Assembly (NCBI GenBank): GCA_963712745.1
Contig: CAVQJC010000014.1
Location: 8,141-72,140 of the forward strand
Direction: 5' to 3'
DNA: 64,000 nucleotides
Source: an uncultured Chloroflexia bacterium
GTDB lineage: Bacteria > Chloroflexota > Limnocylindria > Limnocylindrales > CSP1-4
Positions 19,845-29,894 of this stretch are shown piece after piece; within the stretch, counting starts at the first letter, position 1; every line of letters begins with the position of its first letter. Both the position numbers and the translations under genes were made by a program. The notes below the pieces were generated by a model. The model was not told the DNA's origin and searched no databases. It saw only the letters and a list, made by a program, of their open reading frames with translations.

Positions 19845-21721
19845 CTACCGACCCGGCATCCAGGGCTCCTCGTTCCGCTCGGCCGCGTCGATGGCCAGGG
19901 CGGCGGAGATGATGCCCACGTGGCTGAAGGCCTGCGGGAAGTTGCCCAGCTGTTGGCCGGTGTGCGGGTCGATCTCCTCGGCCAGCAGGCCCAGGTCGCT
20001 GGCGTGCCCGAGCACCATCTCGAAGCGTTCCTTCGCCCGCTCGACCTGGCCGCTGCGAGCCAGGGCGGTGACCATCCAGAGGGTGCAGAAGACGAACGTG
20101 CCCTCGTCGCCGTCGAGGCCATCGTCGCCCCGATAGCGGTAGATGTGCCCGTTCACGCCCAGCTCCTCGTCGATGGCCTCGATGGTGGCGAGCACGCGTG
20201 GGTCGTCGGGCGGCAGGAAGCCGACGTTGGGGACCTGCAGCGCGGCCGCGTCGAGCGCGGTCGAGCCGAAGGCCTGGGTGAAGACACCGCGGACGGGGTC
20301 CACGCCCTCGGTCTCGATGCGCCGCCGCATCTGGTCGCGCGCCCTGCGCCACCGGGATGGCACGGCCGCTGCACCGTCGTGCCGCTCGACGAGCCGGATG
20401 CCCAGGTCCACGGCCAGCCACATCAGCAGCTTGGAGAAGAGGAAGTGCCGGGCCCCGCCGCGCACCTCCCAGATGCCCTCGTCGACCACGTCGAACTCGT
20501 CGATGGCGAGCTCCGACGACCTCCTCGATGAAACGCTGGTAGTGCGCATCGACATGCTGCCCGACCTCACCGCCGTGAGCGCTGGTGAACCAGGTGGACG
20601 CCAGCAGCCAGCCGATACGTGTCGTGCTGTGTCTGGTCCCAGGCGCCGTTGCCGATGCGCACGGGACGCTGAGCCGCGATAGCCCGAGAGGTGGGGCAGC
20701 TCGGTCTCGGTCAGGATGCGCTCGCCGCCGATGCCGTACATGATCTGGAGCTCCGAGGCGCGGCCGGCCGTGGTCGCGCGGATCCACTCGGCGAAGCGGC
20801 GGCACTCGTAGTCGTGGCCCAGGCGGATGAGCGCGTTCAGCATGCGTCGTCGAGTCGCGCACCCAGGTGTAGCGGTAGTCCCAGTTGCGGCCTCCGCCGA
20901 TGACTTCGGGCAGCGATGTCGTGGCCGCGGCGATGACCGCACCGGTGCGGCCGTCGGTCAGGCCCTTGATGACCAGGGCACTGCGCTCGACAGCCGCGCG
21001 GTAGGGCCCCTCGTAGCGCGTCGCGGCCGTCCAGCGCTGCCAGAAGCGGACGGTCTCGTCCAGCCTGGCCACGGCTTCGTGGTGGGGGATGCGGCTCGTG
21101 TCGAGGCCGCTGGGCGTGGACCAGGTGATGGAGATGACCCGCTCCTCGCCGGCTCGCGAACCGTGCCGCGAGCGTCCACGCCACCAATGCCCGTCGCGCG
21201 GCAGCGGCCCGATCTCGCTCTCGAGCAGCAGCGCGTCGGCACTGCCGGTGGCCACCACCAGGTCGTCGGCGAGCTCGGTGATGTAGGGGGTGGTGAGCCC
21301 GTACTCGAAACGCGGGCGGAAGGTCAGGCCGACCTCGACGGCGCCGCGGACGCCGCGGACGATACGGATCGAGCGAGTGGCGCGCGCCAAGCCGGTGGGC
21401 CACCCCGATCTCGTCGGGATCCGGCTCCACTGGCATGAAGTCGGTGAGCGTGACCACGCCGGTCGAAGTCCTGAACGTGGTCTCCAGGACGTTGGTCCCG
21501 GGCAGGTAGCGCCGCTCGATGCCAGCCTCGGGCTCGGCCGGAGCCACGCGGAAGAAGCCGCCGATATCGCGGTCGAGGATGCGCGCGAACACGGGGCGCC
21601 CGTCGAAGCGGTGGAAGACGGCCCACTCGATGGACCCGTCCCGCGCCACCAGCGCCAGCGAGTGGCAGTCGCTCAGGAAGGCGTAGTCGGAGATCGGCGG
21701 GAAGCCGTCGTCCGCGGTCAT
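19845..21721 (-). CDS. Glycoside hydrolase family 15 (trehalase/glucoamylase-like; several frameshifts)
   Basis: PISDYAFLSDC, RYLPGTNVLET, AATTSLPEVIGGGRNWDYRYTWVRD, DEGIWEVRG, LGLLAEE, GNFPQAFSH. Confidence 0.9.
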
Positions 21722-21949
21722 GACGTCATACCCCGGCGAGCCATTCAGTCGGAGGCCTCGGCGGTGCCATCGAGGTCGGTCGCCATCGCCCAGACCTTCT
21801 CGGCGGGGCGTTCGCATCGCGTTCGGCAGTCATCACTGACACGGCAGGCCTCCATGCATCGTGGGTGCCCCGCCCACCTGGCTCGTCGGTCGCTTGAGTG
21901 TAGCCCCGCGCTGCTAGACCACCGCTGGCGCTCGCTATACTCGGGCGCG

Positions 21950-22180
21950 ATGCAGCAGCCGATGTACCACCCTGACGACTTGGCCTCGATGGACCCGCTG
22001 GTCCTGATGAAGAACCTCGACCACGTGCGCATGACGTCGCGGCGACTCAGCTACGTGCTGCAGGGCCAGGTGCACCTGTACCGGCCCGAGGCCAACGAGC
22101 TGCGCATGGAGATCGACCGCTACGTCGAGGCCGAGCGCGCCATCGAAGCGGAGTTGGCGCGGCGCCAGATCCGCGTCTGA
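21950..22180 (+). CDS. Small helical hypothetical protein (76 aa)
   Basis: High GC3; TATACT -10 at 21936-21941, 8 nt before the ATG. Confidence 0.7.
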   Translation: MQQPMYHPDDLASMDPLVLMKNLDHVRMTSRRLSYVLQGQVHLYRPEANELRMEIDRYVEAERAIEAELARRQIRV

Positions 22181-22205
22181 GGGCGCAGGGGTGCCGTCAG
22201 GCGAG

Positions 22206-22802
22206 CTACCGCGGGCGACCGATGGCGAAGAGATAGCGCGGCTTCTCCCCGTCGGGCAGCTCGAGCAGCCGGCACACAGCCGTATCGTCGAAGGATCCGA
22301 TGGGCACGCCCCCAAGGTCAAGGGCCACGGCCTGCAGCAGCAGGTTCTGGCCGGCGTGGCCGGCCTCGAAGTCGGAATAGCGCAGGCCACGCTCCTCGCC
22401 GTGCCTGCCCGAGATGCGGCCGGGCACGATCGAGAAGATGATCACGGCCGGCGCTGTGGCCACGAACGGCTGTCCGCCGGTGGCTTCCTGGAGAGCGGGT
22501 CGCAGGTCGGTATCGGCGAGTGGCTCCAGGGCATGGTCGTCGGGCAGGTAGCGGGCCAGGCCGTCGGCCGTGGCCACGTACACCTCAAGCGCCTTGAGGT
22601 TGCTGGCGGAGGGCGCGGTGCGCCTGCCGCCATCGTGGGTCACGCCCTGGGCGGCCCACAACAGCTGGCCCAGTTCGTCGTCGGTCAGAGGGTGCGGCTG
22701 GAAGTCCCTGATGGTGCGCCGCGCGGCCAGGGCAGCCTCAAGCGCCATGCTGCTATCGGTGCGTGGCGCGGGGAGTCGGTAGGTGGATCGGGTCGTCTGC
22801 AT
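22206..22802 (-). CDS. SagB/ThcOx-family nitroreductase
   Basis: ARRTIRDF, LLWAAQG, RTAPSA, EAGHAGQNLLLQAVAL, IGSFDD; start uncertain. Confidence 0.88.
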   Translation of the reverse strand: MQTTRSTYRLPAPRTDSSMALEAALAARRTIRDFQPHPLTDDELGQLLWAAQGVTHDGGRRTAPSASNLKALEVYVATADGLARYLPDDHALEPLADTDLRPALQEATGGQPFVATAPAVIIFSIVPGRISGRHGEERGLRYSDFEAGHAGQNLLLQAVALDLGGVPIGSFDDTAVCRLLELPDGEKPRYLFAIGRPR

Positions 22803-22885
22803 GGGCTCCAGGCTGGCATCCGCAGGGGCGTGGCGGTAGAGCCATCGGTCGCGTCTGCAGCCTGGCATGTCGCTACCCTGTCCAC

Positions 22886-23575
22886 ATGATCGCGGCAGAC
22901 ATCGACATCGAGCACGGGCTGCCCGATGAGCTGCGCGAGCAGGCCGTGCTCCTCTTCGAAGAGGCCTTCGGCGACAAGATGCGCATGGCCGTCCGCGACC
23001 GCGACAAGCGCATGGCCTTCAAGCAGCGCGTATACGACGCCGACCACGTCATCATCGCCCGCCGCGGCGATGAGCTCCTGGGCATGGCAGGGCTGAGCTC
23101 CAGGGACGGCGCCTACCGCGGCGGATTGATGGCCATCTCCTGGGATCCACGCTCGTACCGGGATCTGCTCGGCTGGCTCGGTGCGGCCTGGGCGGTGTGG
23201 GGCCTGCAGCTGGGGGACCATCGCCCCAAGGCCGACGAGATCTACCTCGACGGCATCGCCGTCTTGGCACCGGTTCGCGGCCACGGCATCGGCAGCCGCC
23301 TGCTCGACGAGGTGCGCTCCATCGCCCGGGCGCATGGGAAGCGCTTCGTGCGGCTCGACGTGGTCGACACCAACCCGCGCGCCCAGGCACTCTACGAACG
23401 GGTCGGTTACCAGGTCACCGGGGTCCAGTCGTTCCGCTACCAGCAGCGCTGGACGGGTTTCGGGGCCATGATCTCGATGGAGCAGGCGGTGGACCGCCCT
23501 GATCCGTCCGGAGCGGACGGCGGAGAGGCTAGGCCACCGCGGCGATCGCCTGCGGTCCGCGCTCCTGGGCGATGA
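22886..23575 (+). CDS. GNAT N-acetyltransferase
   Basis: YLDGIAV..RGHGIGSRLL, LDVVDTNPRAQALYERVGY. Confidence 0.88.
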   Translation: MIAADIDIEHGLPDELREQAVLLFEEAFGDKMRMAVRDRDKRMAFKQRVYDADHVIIARRGDELLGMAGLSSRDGAYRGGLMAISWDPRSYRDLLGWLGAAWAVWGLQLGDHRPKADEIYLDGIAVLAPVRGHGIGSRLLDEVRSIARAHGKRFVRLDVVDTNPRAQALYERVGYQVTGVQSFRYQQRWTGFGAMISMEQAVDRPDPSGADGGEARPPRRSPAVRAPGR

Positions 23576-23810
23576 CGCGGTTGGCGAGCTCGGCCAGCCG
23601 AGGCAGTGCCGCCAGCGCAAAGCCGATTCCCAGGCCCTGGAGTGCCTCGTAGTCCATGCCGCGGTAGTCGCCACGAGCCGCCACCGCGCACATCTCGTCG
23701 TAGAGCTCCGGCCAGGCCACCGCCCTGCGGCGATAGCAGAAGCGCACGAACGCCTCCGCCTCGGCGTCGGGATCGTGGGGCGCCCCATCGCTCTGGTCGG
23801 TCGGGGTCAC
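23529..23810 (-). CDS. Small hypothetical protein
   Basis: Globular-looking segment AFVRFCYRRRAVAWPELYDEMCAVAARG..; high GC3; start uncertain. Confidence 0.6.
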   Translation of the reverse strand: MTPTDQSDGAPHDPDAEAEAFVRFCYRRRAVAWPELYDEMCAVAARGDYRGMDYEALQGLGIGFALAALPRLAELANRVIAQERGPQAIAAVA

Positions 23811-24110
23811 GACCCTGCCGATGGCGGCCGACTCCCCGCGTTCGTGGCGCTCTTCATAGGTTCTGGGCAGCACGTTGCCCGGTCGCTCTGTCGACACCCT
23901 CTCCCACCTTCTGACGGGCACGCCGATACGAACCCGCGCTGACACAGTTACCGATGAACGCCGTTGCGCAAGTCCGCGACGCGACGACGCGCTCAGCCCG
24001 TGGGGATGTCCGCAGACCCCTGGGCTTTCCCTCTCCTTGCGCCACCCCGGAGACCTCTCCGGGCGGCAGGGGCCGATGATACGTCGGCCTTCCCGTGACG
24101 CGCTAGCGGC

Positions 24111-24143
24111 TCGTCCACGAAGTTGTCCACGACCTTGTCCACA
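24111..24143 (+). promoter_or_regulatory. Three DnaA-box-like 9-mers at 12-bp period
   Basis: TCGTCCACG (24111), TTGTCCACG (24123), TTGTCCACA (24135). Confidence 0.5.
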
Positions 24144-24219
24144 TGGCCCCCGATCGGGGACATCTCGTGACTTGGGGCAGGGTCGGAGTGGGCCACCCGG
24201 GCCTCCCTGCCCCGGGTCA

Positions 24220-25275
24220 TCAGGCGGGCTTGCGGAAGACGCCGAGGCCCGGTTCAGCCGTTAGCTGCCAGCGGCAGTCGCCGCCCAGCTCGAGGCCACC
24301 GAAGGGGTCATGGGCAAGCAGCAGGCTGCCGTCGAGATCCAGCCAGTCGACCTCGCTGGCCACCATCGCCGCGGCGGCCACGCCCACGCTCGACTCGACC
24401 ATGCAGCCAAGCATGAGCTTCATGCCCATGGGCCGTGCCCGGCGGATCATGCGCAGGGCAGGCCCGATGCCGCCACACTTGGCGAGCTTCACGACGATGC
24501 CGTCGACCACGCCCTCGAGCATGGGCAGATCGTTCTCGAAGACGGCCAATTCGTCGGCCATGATGGGCAGGCTCGAGCGCTCCCGCAGCCAACGGAGCTC
24601 GGGCAGCATACGCGCCTTGAACGGCTGCTCGACGAGCTCCACCCCCAGCCGCTCCAGCTCGGGGATCATGGCGGCCGCCTGCTCGGGCTGCCAGGCGGTG
24701 TTGGCATCGACTCGCAAGGGACCGCTGAAGACCGCGCGCACGGCCTCAAGGGTCTCGATGTCGGCCGGGCCACCGACCTTGATCTTGAGCGCCGGGAAGT
24801 GGGAGACGCGGCGGGCGCGCTCCGCGACCGTGGCCGGATCGTCGATGCCCAGCGAGTAGTCGGTCGGAGGCAGCTTGTCGGACGTGCCCAGGAGCTCCCA
24901 CACCGGCAGGCCGAGCGCCTTGCCGGCCATGTCGTGAAGGGCCATGTCGAGGCCGCCCTTGGCCCCACCGTGATTGCCCAGCGCGTCGGTCATCAACTCA
25001 CTCGAGCGCTCCAGCCAAAGCAGGATCTCGTTGCGATCACGCGGCATCTGCCCCAGTTCGCCGAGCGCCCCGACCAGGCGCGGCAGGACCGCCTGCGTGG
25101 TAGCGACGGTCTCGCCGTAGTACGGCACCGGGAAGCACTCGCCCAGCCCAGCGGCTCCGTCCTGTTCGAGGTACGTGAGCACGGTCTCAGACGCCTGCGA
25201 GTCCTCGGTCCGGGCGATGCGGAAGGGCTCGCGGAAGGGCAGGTGGAGGTTCTCGGTTTGGAGCGAGAAGGTCAT
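24220..25275 (-). CDS. Dipeptide epimerase/N-acetyl-D-Glu racemase (enolase superfamily, DgcA-like)
   Basis: PFRIAR, LKIKVG, RVDANTAW, VEQP, MADE, VKLAKCGG, GCMVE, DLDG. Confidence 0.9.
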   Translation of the reverse strand: MTFSLQTENLHLPFREPFRIARTEDSQASETVLTYLEQDGAAGLGECFPVPYYGETVATTQAVLPRLVGALGELGQMPRDRNEILLWLERSSELMTDALGNHGGAKGGLDMALHDMAGKALGLPVWELLGTSDKLPPTDYSLGIDDPATVAERARRVSHFPALKIKVGGPADIETLEAVRAVFSGPLRVDANTAWQPEQAAAMIPELERLGVELVEQPFKARMLPELRWLRERSSLPIMADELAVFENDLPMLEGVVDGIVVKLAKCGGIGPALRMIRRARPMGMKLMLGCMVESSVGVAAAAMVASEVDWLDLDGSLLLAHDPFGGLELGGDCRWQLTAEPGLGVFRKPA

Positions 25276-26366
25276 CGCGCGGCTCCTCGGCCTTCCAGGC
25301 TCGTCTCCACATCGGCGCGCACGGCTTCGAAGAGCTCGCCTGGGCCGAAGCGGTAGGGGTCGTCGGTGGGCAGGCCGGTCTCGGCCGCCACCCGTTCGAT
25401 CTCGGCCCGTGCCTCCTCTTCGGAGAGCAGCGCCGTGTTGAGGGCGATGGCGGCCACATGCGACGGCGCCACCGCGTTGGCCACCATCTCGTAGAGGCGG
25501 ATGTTGTCCTGCAGCGAGAGCGTGGGCGCGTCCTCCCCGGTGGCCTGCTCCCAGCCGAAGTGGCCGCTGCGCCCGGGCTGATGCACCAGCACCATCGCGT
25601 GCGGCGTGGTGCCGTGGACGAGGCCGAGCGTGACCGCCGAATAGGCCGGATGGTCGAGGGAACCCTGGCCCTCGACGAAGATCCAGTCGCCCATCTCCTC
25701 GGCCTGCTCCACGAGCCACTCCGCGGTGCCGTTGATGAAGTCGCTGATGACGCGGTCGACCGAGACGCCCCAGCCCTCGATCATGATGCCGGTCTGACCG
25801 GTGGGCACGAAGACCGCCGCCAGTCCGGCATCCTGCGCGGCGCGCCGAAGCTCGAGTGCGACGGTCATCTTGCCGACGGCACAGTCGGTACCCACCAGCA
25901 GCACCACGCGCTTGGCGGGCCCATGCTTGCGGCCGATGGCCACCTCGTGGCGCTCGGGTGGCCGCCGGTGATCGATGAGCTCGACACCGTGGGCCGCGGC
26001 CAGCGAAGTGAACTCGGGATCGTCGGAGACGAACTCGTGGAGGCCGCTGACCACGTCGAGACCGTGGACGATGGCGTCGGCGATGATGGCGCGCCAGGCG
26101 GGCGGGATCTTGCCACCCTGCGGCGCGGTGCCGATGAGCAGGGCGGACGGCCCGAGCGGCAGGGCCTCGGCCAGCGTGGCCACCACGGGCGCGGCATGCT
26201 CCTGACCCAGCCACTCCGACACGTCCCGTCCCGCACGCGTGCTGTCGAGCACCGCGACCACGTCGTCGCGGCCGTACTTGATGACGCCCATGGCGGTCTT
26301 GGAGCCCGGCTCACCGAACTGGCCTTCGGCCAGGATGAGGTAGCGACGGCGGGTCTCAGCGTCCAC
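25272..26366 (-). CDS. DUF1611 protein (D-glutamate N-acetyltransferase DgcN-like)
   Basis: SGLH, GTDCAVGKM, PTGQTGI, SDFING, VEGQGSL.HP; stop overlaps the epimerase start. Confidence 0.88.
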   Translation of the reverse strand: MDAETRRRYLILAEGQFGEPGSKTAMGVIKYGRDDVVAVLDSTRAGRDVSEWLGQEHAAPVVATLAEALPLGPSALLIGTAPQGGKIPPAWRAIIADAIVHGLDVVSGLHEFVSDDPEFTSLAAAHGVELIDHRRPPERHEVAIGRKHGPAKRVVLLVGTDCAVGKMTVALELRRAAQDAGLAAVFVPTGQTGIMIEGWGVSVDRVISDFINGTAEWLVEQAEEMGDWIFVEGQGSLDHPAYSAVTLGLVHGTTPHAMVLVHQPGRSGHFGWEQATGEDAPTLSLQDNIRLYEMVANAVAPSHVAAIALNTALLSEEEARAEIERVAAETGLPTDDPYRFGPGELFEAVRADVETSLEGRGAAR

Positions 26367-26439
26367 GGGCGATCCCTTCCTGCATGATCCGACTGTAGCG
26401 AGATCGATGCCTCGGCTACCCGCTTGACCGCGGGATGGA

Positions 26440-26500
26440 CCCGCCCAGTCGCTGGGGGGACCCGCCCGGTCGCTGGGGGGCTCCGCCCAGGCGTTGGGGG
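26440..26500. repeat. Three degenerate 21-bp tandem repeats
   Basis: ccgcccagtcgctgggggg / ccgcccggtcgctgggggg / ccgcccaggcgttggggg. Confidence 0.7.
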
Positions 26501-26508
26501 ATAGAAGG

Positions 26509-26536
26509 ACGCCCCCGGGGCGCGGTCCGGGGGCGT
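26509..26536 (-). terminator. Hairpin downstream of tRNA
   Basis: ACGCCCCCGG...CCGGGGGCGT 10-bp stem. Confidence 0.6.
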
Positions 26537-26547
26537 AGGAAAGATCG

Positions 26548-26624
26548 TGGTACCGCATACCGGATTCGAACCGGTGATCTCCGCCTTGAGAGGGCGGTGT
26601 CCTAGGCCTCTAGACGAATGCGGC
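26548..26624 (-). tRNA. tRNA-Glu (CTC)
   Basis: Reverse complement GCCGCATTCGTCTAGAGGCCTAGGACACCGCCCTCTCAAGGCGGAGATCACCGGTTCGAATCCGGTATGCGGTACCA forms a cloverleaf with anticodon CTC and encoded CCA. Confidence 0.97.
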
Positions 26625-26727
26625 TTGTCCGCCCGAGATGGTAACGGACCTTCGCTAGGTCTGTCCAGAACAGCAGCCGTGGGCGGGCTGCGGCCGGGCG
26701 TCGGCGCCCGTGCCGCCGCCAAGCGCG

Positions 26728-27627
26728 CTAGAGGCGGTGATGCTCGAGGAACGAGCGGATGGTATCCGCGACCTGGTCGAAGCCCTGCTCGCCGAGGACC
26801 GCGCCGTAGTGCGAGTGCGCACCGAAGGGTTGATATTCCGCGCCGAGCCACTCGGCCAGGCGAGCGCTGTCGGCCTCGGCGAACTGGTGGTCGAGCCCTG
26901 CACCGATGACGAGGATGGGCACCTCAGGCAGCCGGTCGCGGTCGACGTAGACGCCGGCCAGCATCTGGCGGCGGGCGGCCCCGCTCTCTGCCCCCAGGAG
27001 GTGCTGGATACGTCGGACGTCGGCCAGCGTGAGGTCCTGATTCTGGCGCTGGACCTGATCGTGGCTGCCCGCCCAGTCGATGAGTTCGGCCTGGTATGTC
27101 GCAGGCACCAGGCGGACGACGTGTGGCGGCGGTACCGGCCGTACCGGTGCCGGGATGGCCGGGCTGATGAGGATGAGTGCGTCGATCTCGCGGCGGGCGG
27201 CCACCTTCATCGCGAGCAGGCCGCCCAGACCATGCCCGACCACGACGGCGGGGCGCCCGAGCGCCTCGAGACCGGCCACGGCGTCGTCAAGGTAGGTGTC
27301 GAAGCTGAGCTCCTCGATGGGTGCGGTCTGGGACCAGAAATGGGCCCGCAGGTTCAGCGCATGGCCCTCCCAGCCACGCTGCGCGAAGTAGCGCAGGTAG
27401 CGCTCCCACAGCCACGAGCCGCCCAGCTCCCCGTGGAGGTAGTAGAGCGGGCGCCGGCGCGAGCGGCGCTCGGGCAGCCACGATTCGACGTACAGGCCGC
27501 GCTCTTCGAGCACGATCTCGTCCTTGCGTACCGGCTTGCCCTGGGGGCGACCGGTCAGTTCCCTCGTCGTTCCGCCTCGCCCATTGCCGGCGATGGCGGC
27601 CGTCCCCTTGGGGAGGTCAGGATCCAT
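26728..27627 (-). CDS. Alpha/beta hydrolase fold protein
   Basis: LHGELGGSWLW, VVVGHGLGG (Gly at the usual nucleophile Ser), HSHYG. Confidence 0.8.
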   Translation of the reverse strand: MDPDLPKGTAAIAGNGRGGTTRELTGRPQGKPVRKDEIVLEERGLYVESWLPERRSRRRPLYYLHGELGGSWLWERYLRYFAQRGWEGHALNLRAHFWSQTAPIEELSFDTYLDDAVAGLEALGRPAVVVGHGLGGLLAMKVAARREIDALILISPAIPAPVRPVPPPHVVRLVPATYQAELIDWAGSHDQVQRQNQDLTLADVRRIQHLLGAESGAARRQMLAGVYVDRDRLPEVPILVIGAGLDHQFAEADSARLAEWLGAEYQPFGAHSHYGAVLGEQGFDQVADTIRSFLEHHRL

Positions 27628-27665
27628 TCCGTGCCTCGTCTCTCCTTGGTCCGCTGAAGGCTCCA

Positions 27666-28963
27666 CTATCGGTCCAGCGGGTCGAGCGCCAGGCCGGTAG
27701 GGGCCTTGGGGTTGAAGTAGGTCGACTTCTGGGGCATGACCTCGCCGGCCCCGGCCACGAGCGAGATGGCGGCCGGCGGCATCTCGTCGAGCAGGAACGC
27801 CGCCGAGGCCTCCTCAGCGGCGACCTGCTGTGTCGCGACCACGGCATCCTTCACGTACCAGAGACGCCCATCTGCGGCGAGCTCCGTGGCATCGGTGCCG
27901 AAGACACGGTCGATGGTCACGCTGAGCGCGTTGACGTCGAGCCCCCTGGAAGCCTCCGAGAGGCGCGCATCGAGAAGGGCGTCCGTGGCCGCGCGGTCGA
28001 CGGTCAGGATAGCCGCCACGGGCGACCTCCCGGTGTAGACCCCGATGCGGCCGGTACCCGTGGCCCCGTCATCGAACTGCGGCGGCTCGGCCATGCGCGC
28101 GAGGAGCGCCTCGCGGTGGGGCAGCCGCTCGATGGCGAAGTACGACTCGAGACGCGCCAGGAGATCCTCGCCACAGGGCTGCCCGCGGATGACGCGGTGC
28201 GTGGGCAGCGCGGGCGGTGACTGGTCGAGCGGATAGATGAGCGCCAGCGCGTAGCCTGAGGCAGGGTCGGCAGCCGCTGTGTCGGCCCCGCGGTCGCGGT
28301 GGTAGGCCAGCGCGGTCTCGTAGCGATGGTGTCCGTCGGCGATCGTCACCGGCGCGGACGACATCAGCGAGAGCACCGCGGCTGCCTCCTCGGCCCCGCA
28401 GACCCAGAGGCGATGGCCGACCCCGCCGGGGGTAGTAGCTTCGGCATCGGGCTCTCGCTCGGTCAGCACCAGCAGCGCCGCCGAGGTGGCGGCGGGTTCA
28501 GAGCCGGCCAGGAACACCAGCGGGCTGGTGTTGAGCCGGGTCGACTCGAGCAGGGCGTAGCGGTCGGCCTTGGGCCCACCGTGGGTCTTCTCGTGGGGCA
28601 GGACCCCCGCCTTGGGGCCGTACTCCTCGAGGCCCAGGCGGCAAAGCAGGCCGGTGGCGGTCTGCTCGCGACCTTCGGCGTCCAGCCAGCGCATCTGGTG
28701 GACCGTCACGGTCGGCTCCGCATCCCTGACCAGGACCCCGACTCGCGCCACGCCGACGCGGTAGCTGCGGCCGCAGCGTAGTCACTGGGGCCGGCCTCGC
28801 CGAGATCCGCTGGCAGCTCGATGCGCACGATGTTGTGGGGGTCCCTGGTCAGCAACTCCTGCCGCTCAGCTGGGCCGATGATGTCGTACGGCGGCGCGAG
28901 CACGGCGGAGAGGTCGACGGCCGCGTCGAAGCGGAGCGCGCGGAAGGGTCGCAGGTCGGGCAC
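27666..28963 (-). CDS. DUF1015 family protein (frameshift near 28750)
   Basis: LRPFRALRF, APPYDII, LPHEKT, IADGHHRYETAL, MPQKSTYFNPK. Confidence 0.9.
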
Positions 28964-29047
28964 GGACGAATGGTACCGACCCTGCGCGAATCGAGCCGTC
29001 GAGGCCCCCGGCGACCGGACCGAGCCAAGCGACGCTACGCTTGCTAC

Positions 29048-29512
29048 GTGACCTCGACGCCGCGCCCTAGACTCCTCGCGCTGGCCCTGGCCGGCAGCTT
29101 CCTCGTCGGCGGCTGCTATTCCCTGGCTGAGCCGTCGTTCCACCCCGGTGACCAGCGCGACATCCTGCAGACGATCTTGCTCCGCGGCATCGTGACCGGG
29201 GAGCCCATCGCCGGCGAGACCGCCTGTGACGACCACGACCTGGTCGGCAACTCGCTCTACCTGACCGCGCGCATGCCCGACGAAGTCGAGCCGCGCGATG
29301 TCTACATCCACATGTACCGGGAGAAGTACTGGGATCGCTCGGCCGAAGAGGTCGACGGCTGCCAGGCTGAGTACGCAGCCGCCAACCCTGACGCCGAGAT
29401 CACCCGGCTCGACATCCCGACCTACCGGGTGTTCGGCGCGGACTGGTCGGAGGAGCTGACGGACGAGTTGACCAAGGCTCTCGAGGAGGCGTCCCAGGCC
29501 GGCAAGGACTGA
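29048..29512 (+). CDS. Putative lipoprotein
   Basis: Basic N-terminus, hydrophobic stretch, lipobox VGGC. Confidence 0.7.
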   Translation: MTSTPRPRLLALALAGSFLVGGCYSLAEPSFHPGDQRDILQTILLRGIVTGEPIAGETACDDHDLVGNSLYLTARMPDEVEPRDVYIHMYREKYWDRSAEEVDGCQAEYAAANPDAEITRLDIPTYRVFGADWSEELTDELTKALEEASQAGKD

Positions 29513-29515
29513 CCC

Positions 29516-29770
29516 ATGGACGCGCCGTCCGGTCTCGGCTTTCGCTACGCCCGATCCGCTGACGGTACGAGCATCGCCTGGGCTCGCTCGGGCACGGACC
29601 GCCGCTGGTGGTGGTGCCCCCGGTCCCCTTGCGCAACGTGGGCGGCGAGTGGTCCGTGCCCCTGATGCAGGATGCGTACTAGCGGCTCGCCGGTGCCTTC
29701 GAGCTCATCCTCCACGACGGCCGCGGCACAGGCGCCTCCCAGCGCGCGGTCGACGATCTTGGCGGCTGGC
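29516..29770 (+). pseudogene. Truncated N-terminus of an alpha/beta-hydrolase-fold protein
   Basis: RYARSADGTSIAWARSG-[shift]-GPPLVVVP..., in-frame TAG, ILHDGRGTGASQR, then similarity ends. Confidence 0.6.
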
Positions 29771-29800
29771 AAGCCCGGGCGCGCGAGACACCTCGTCCTC

Positions 29801-29860
29801 TTCGCGTGATCCGGCCGGGCTTCGCGTGATCCGGCCGGGCTTCGCGTGATCCGGCCGGGC
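29801..29860. repeat. 3 x 20-bp perfect tandem repeat
   Basis: TTCGCGTGATCCGGCCGGGC three times. Confidence 0.95.
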
Positions 29861-29894
29861 GCGGATGGCTGACCCGCGGGCGCATACTCGCGGC

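Noticed and set aside
22206-22802. RiPP (azole) biosynthesis cluster
   Set aside because: Stand-alone SagB-type nitroreductase with no YcaO, precursor or transporter.
24111-24143. Replication origin
   Set aside because: Only three clear boxes, no AT-rich unwinding element and no dnaA/dnaN.
25276-26214. 664-aa fusion ORF for the epimerase
   Set aside because: The Arg-rich N-half is an alternative frame of the DUF1611 gene; the real start is 25275.
26400-26624. Integrative element at tRNA-Glu
   Set aside because: No integrase and no duplicated tRNA 3' end seen in the window.
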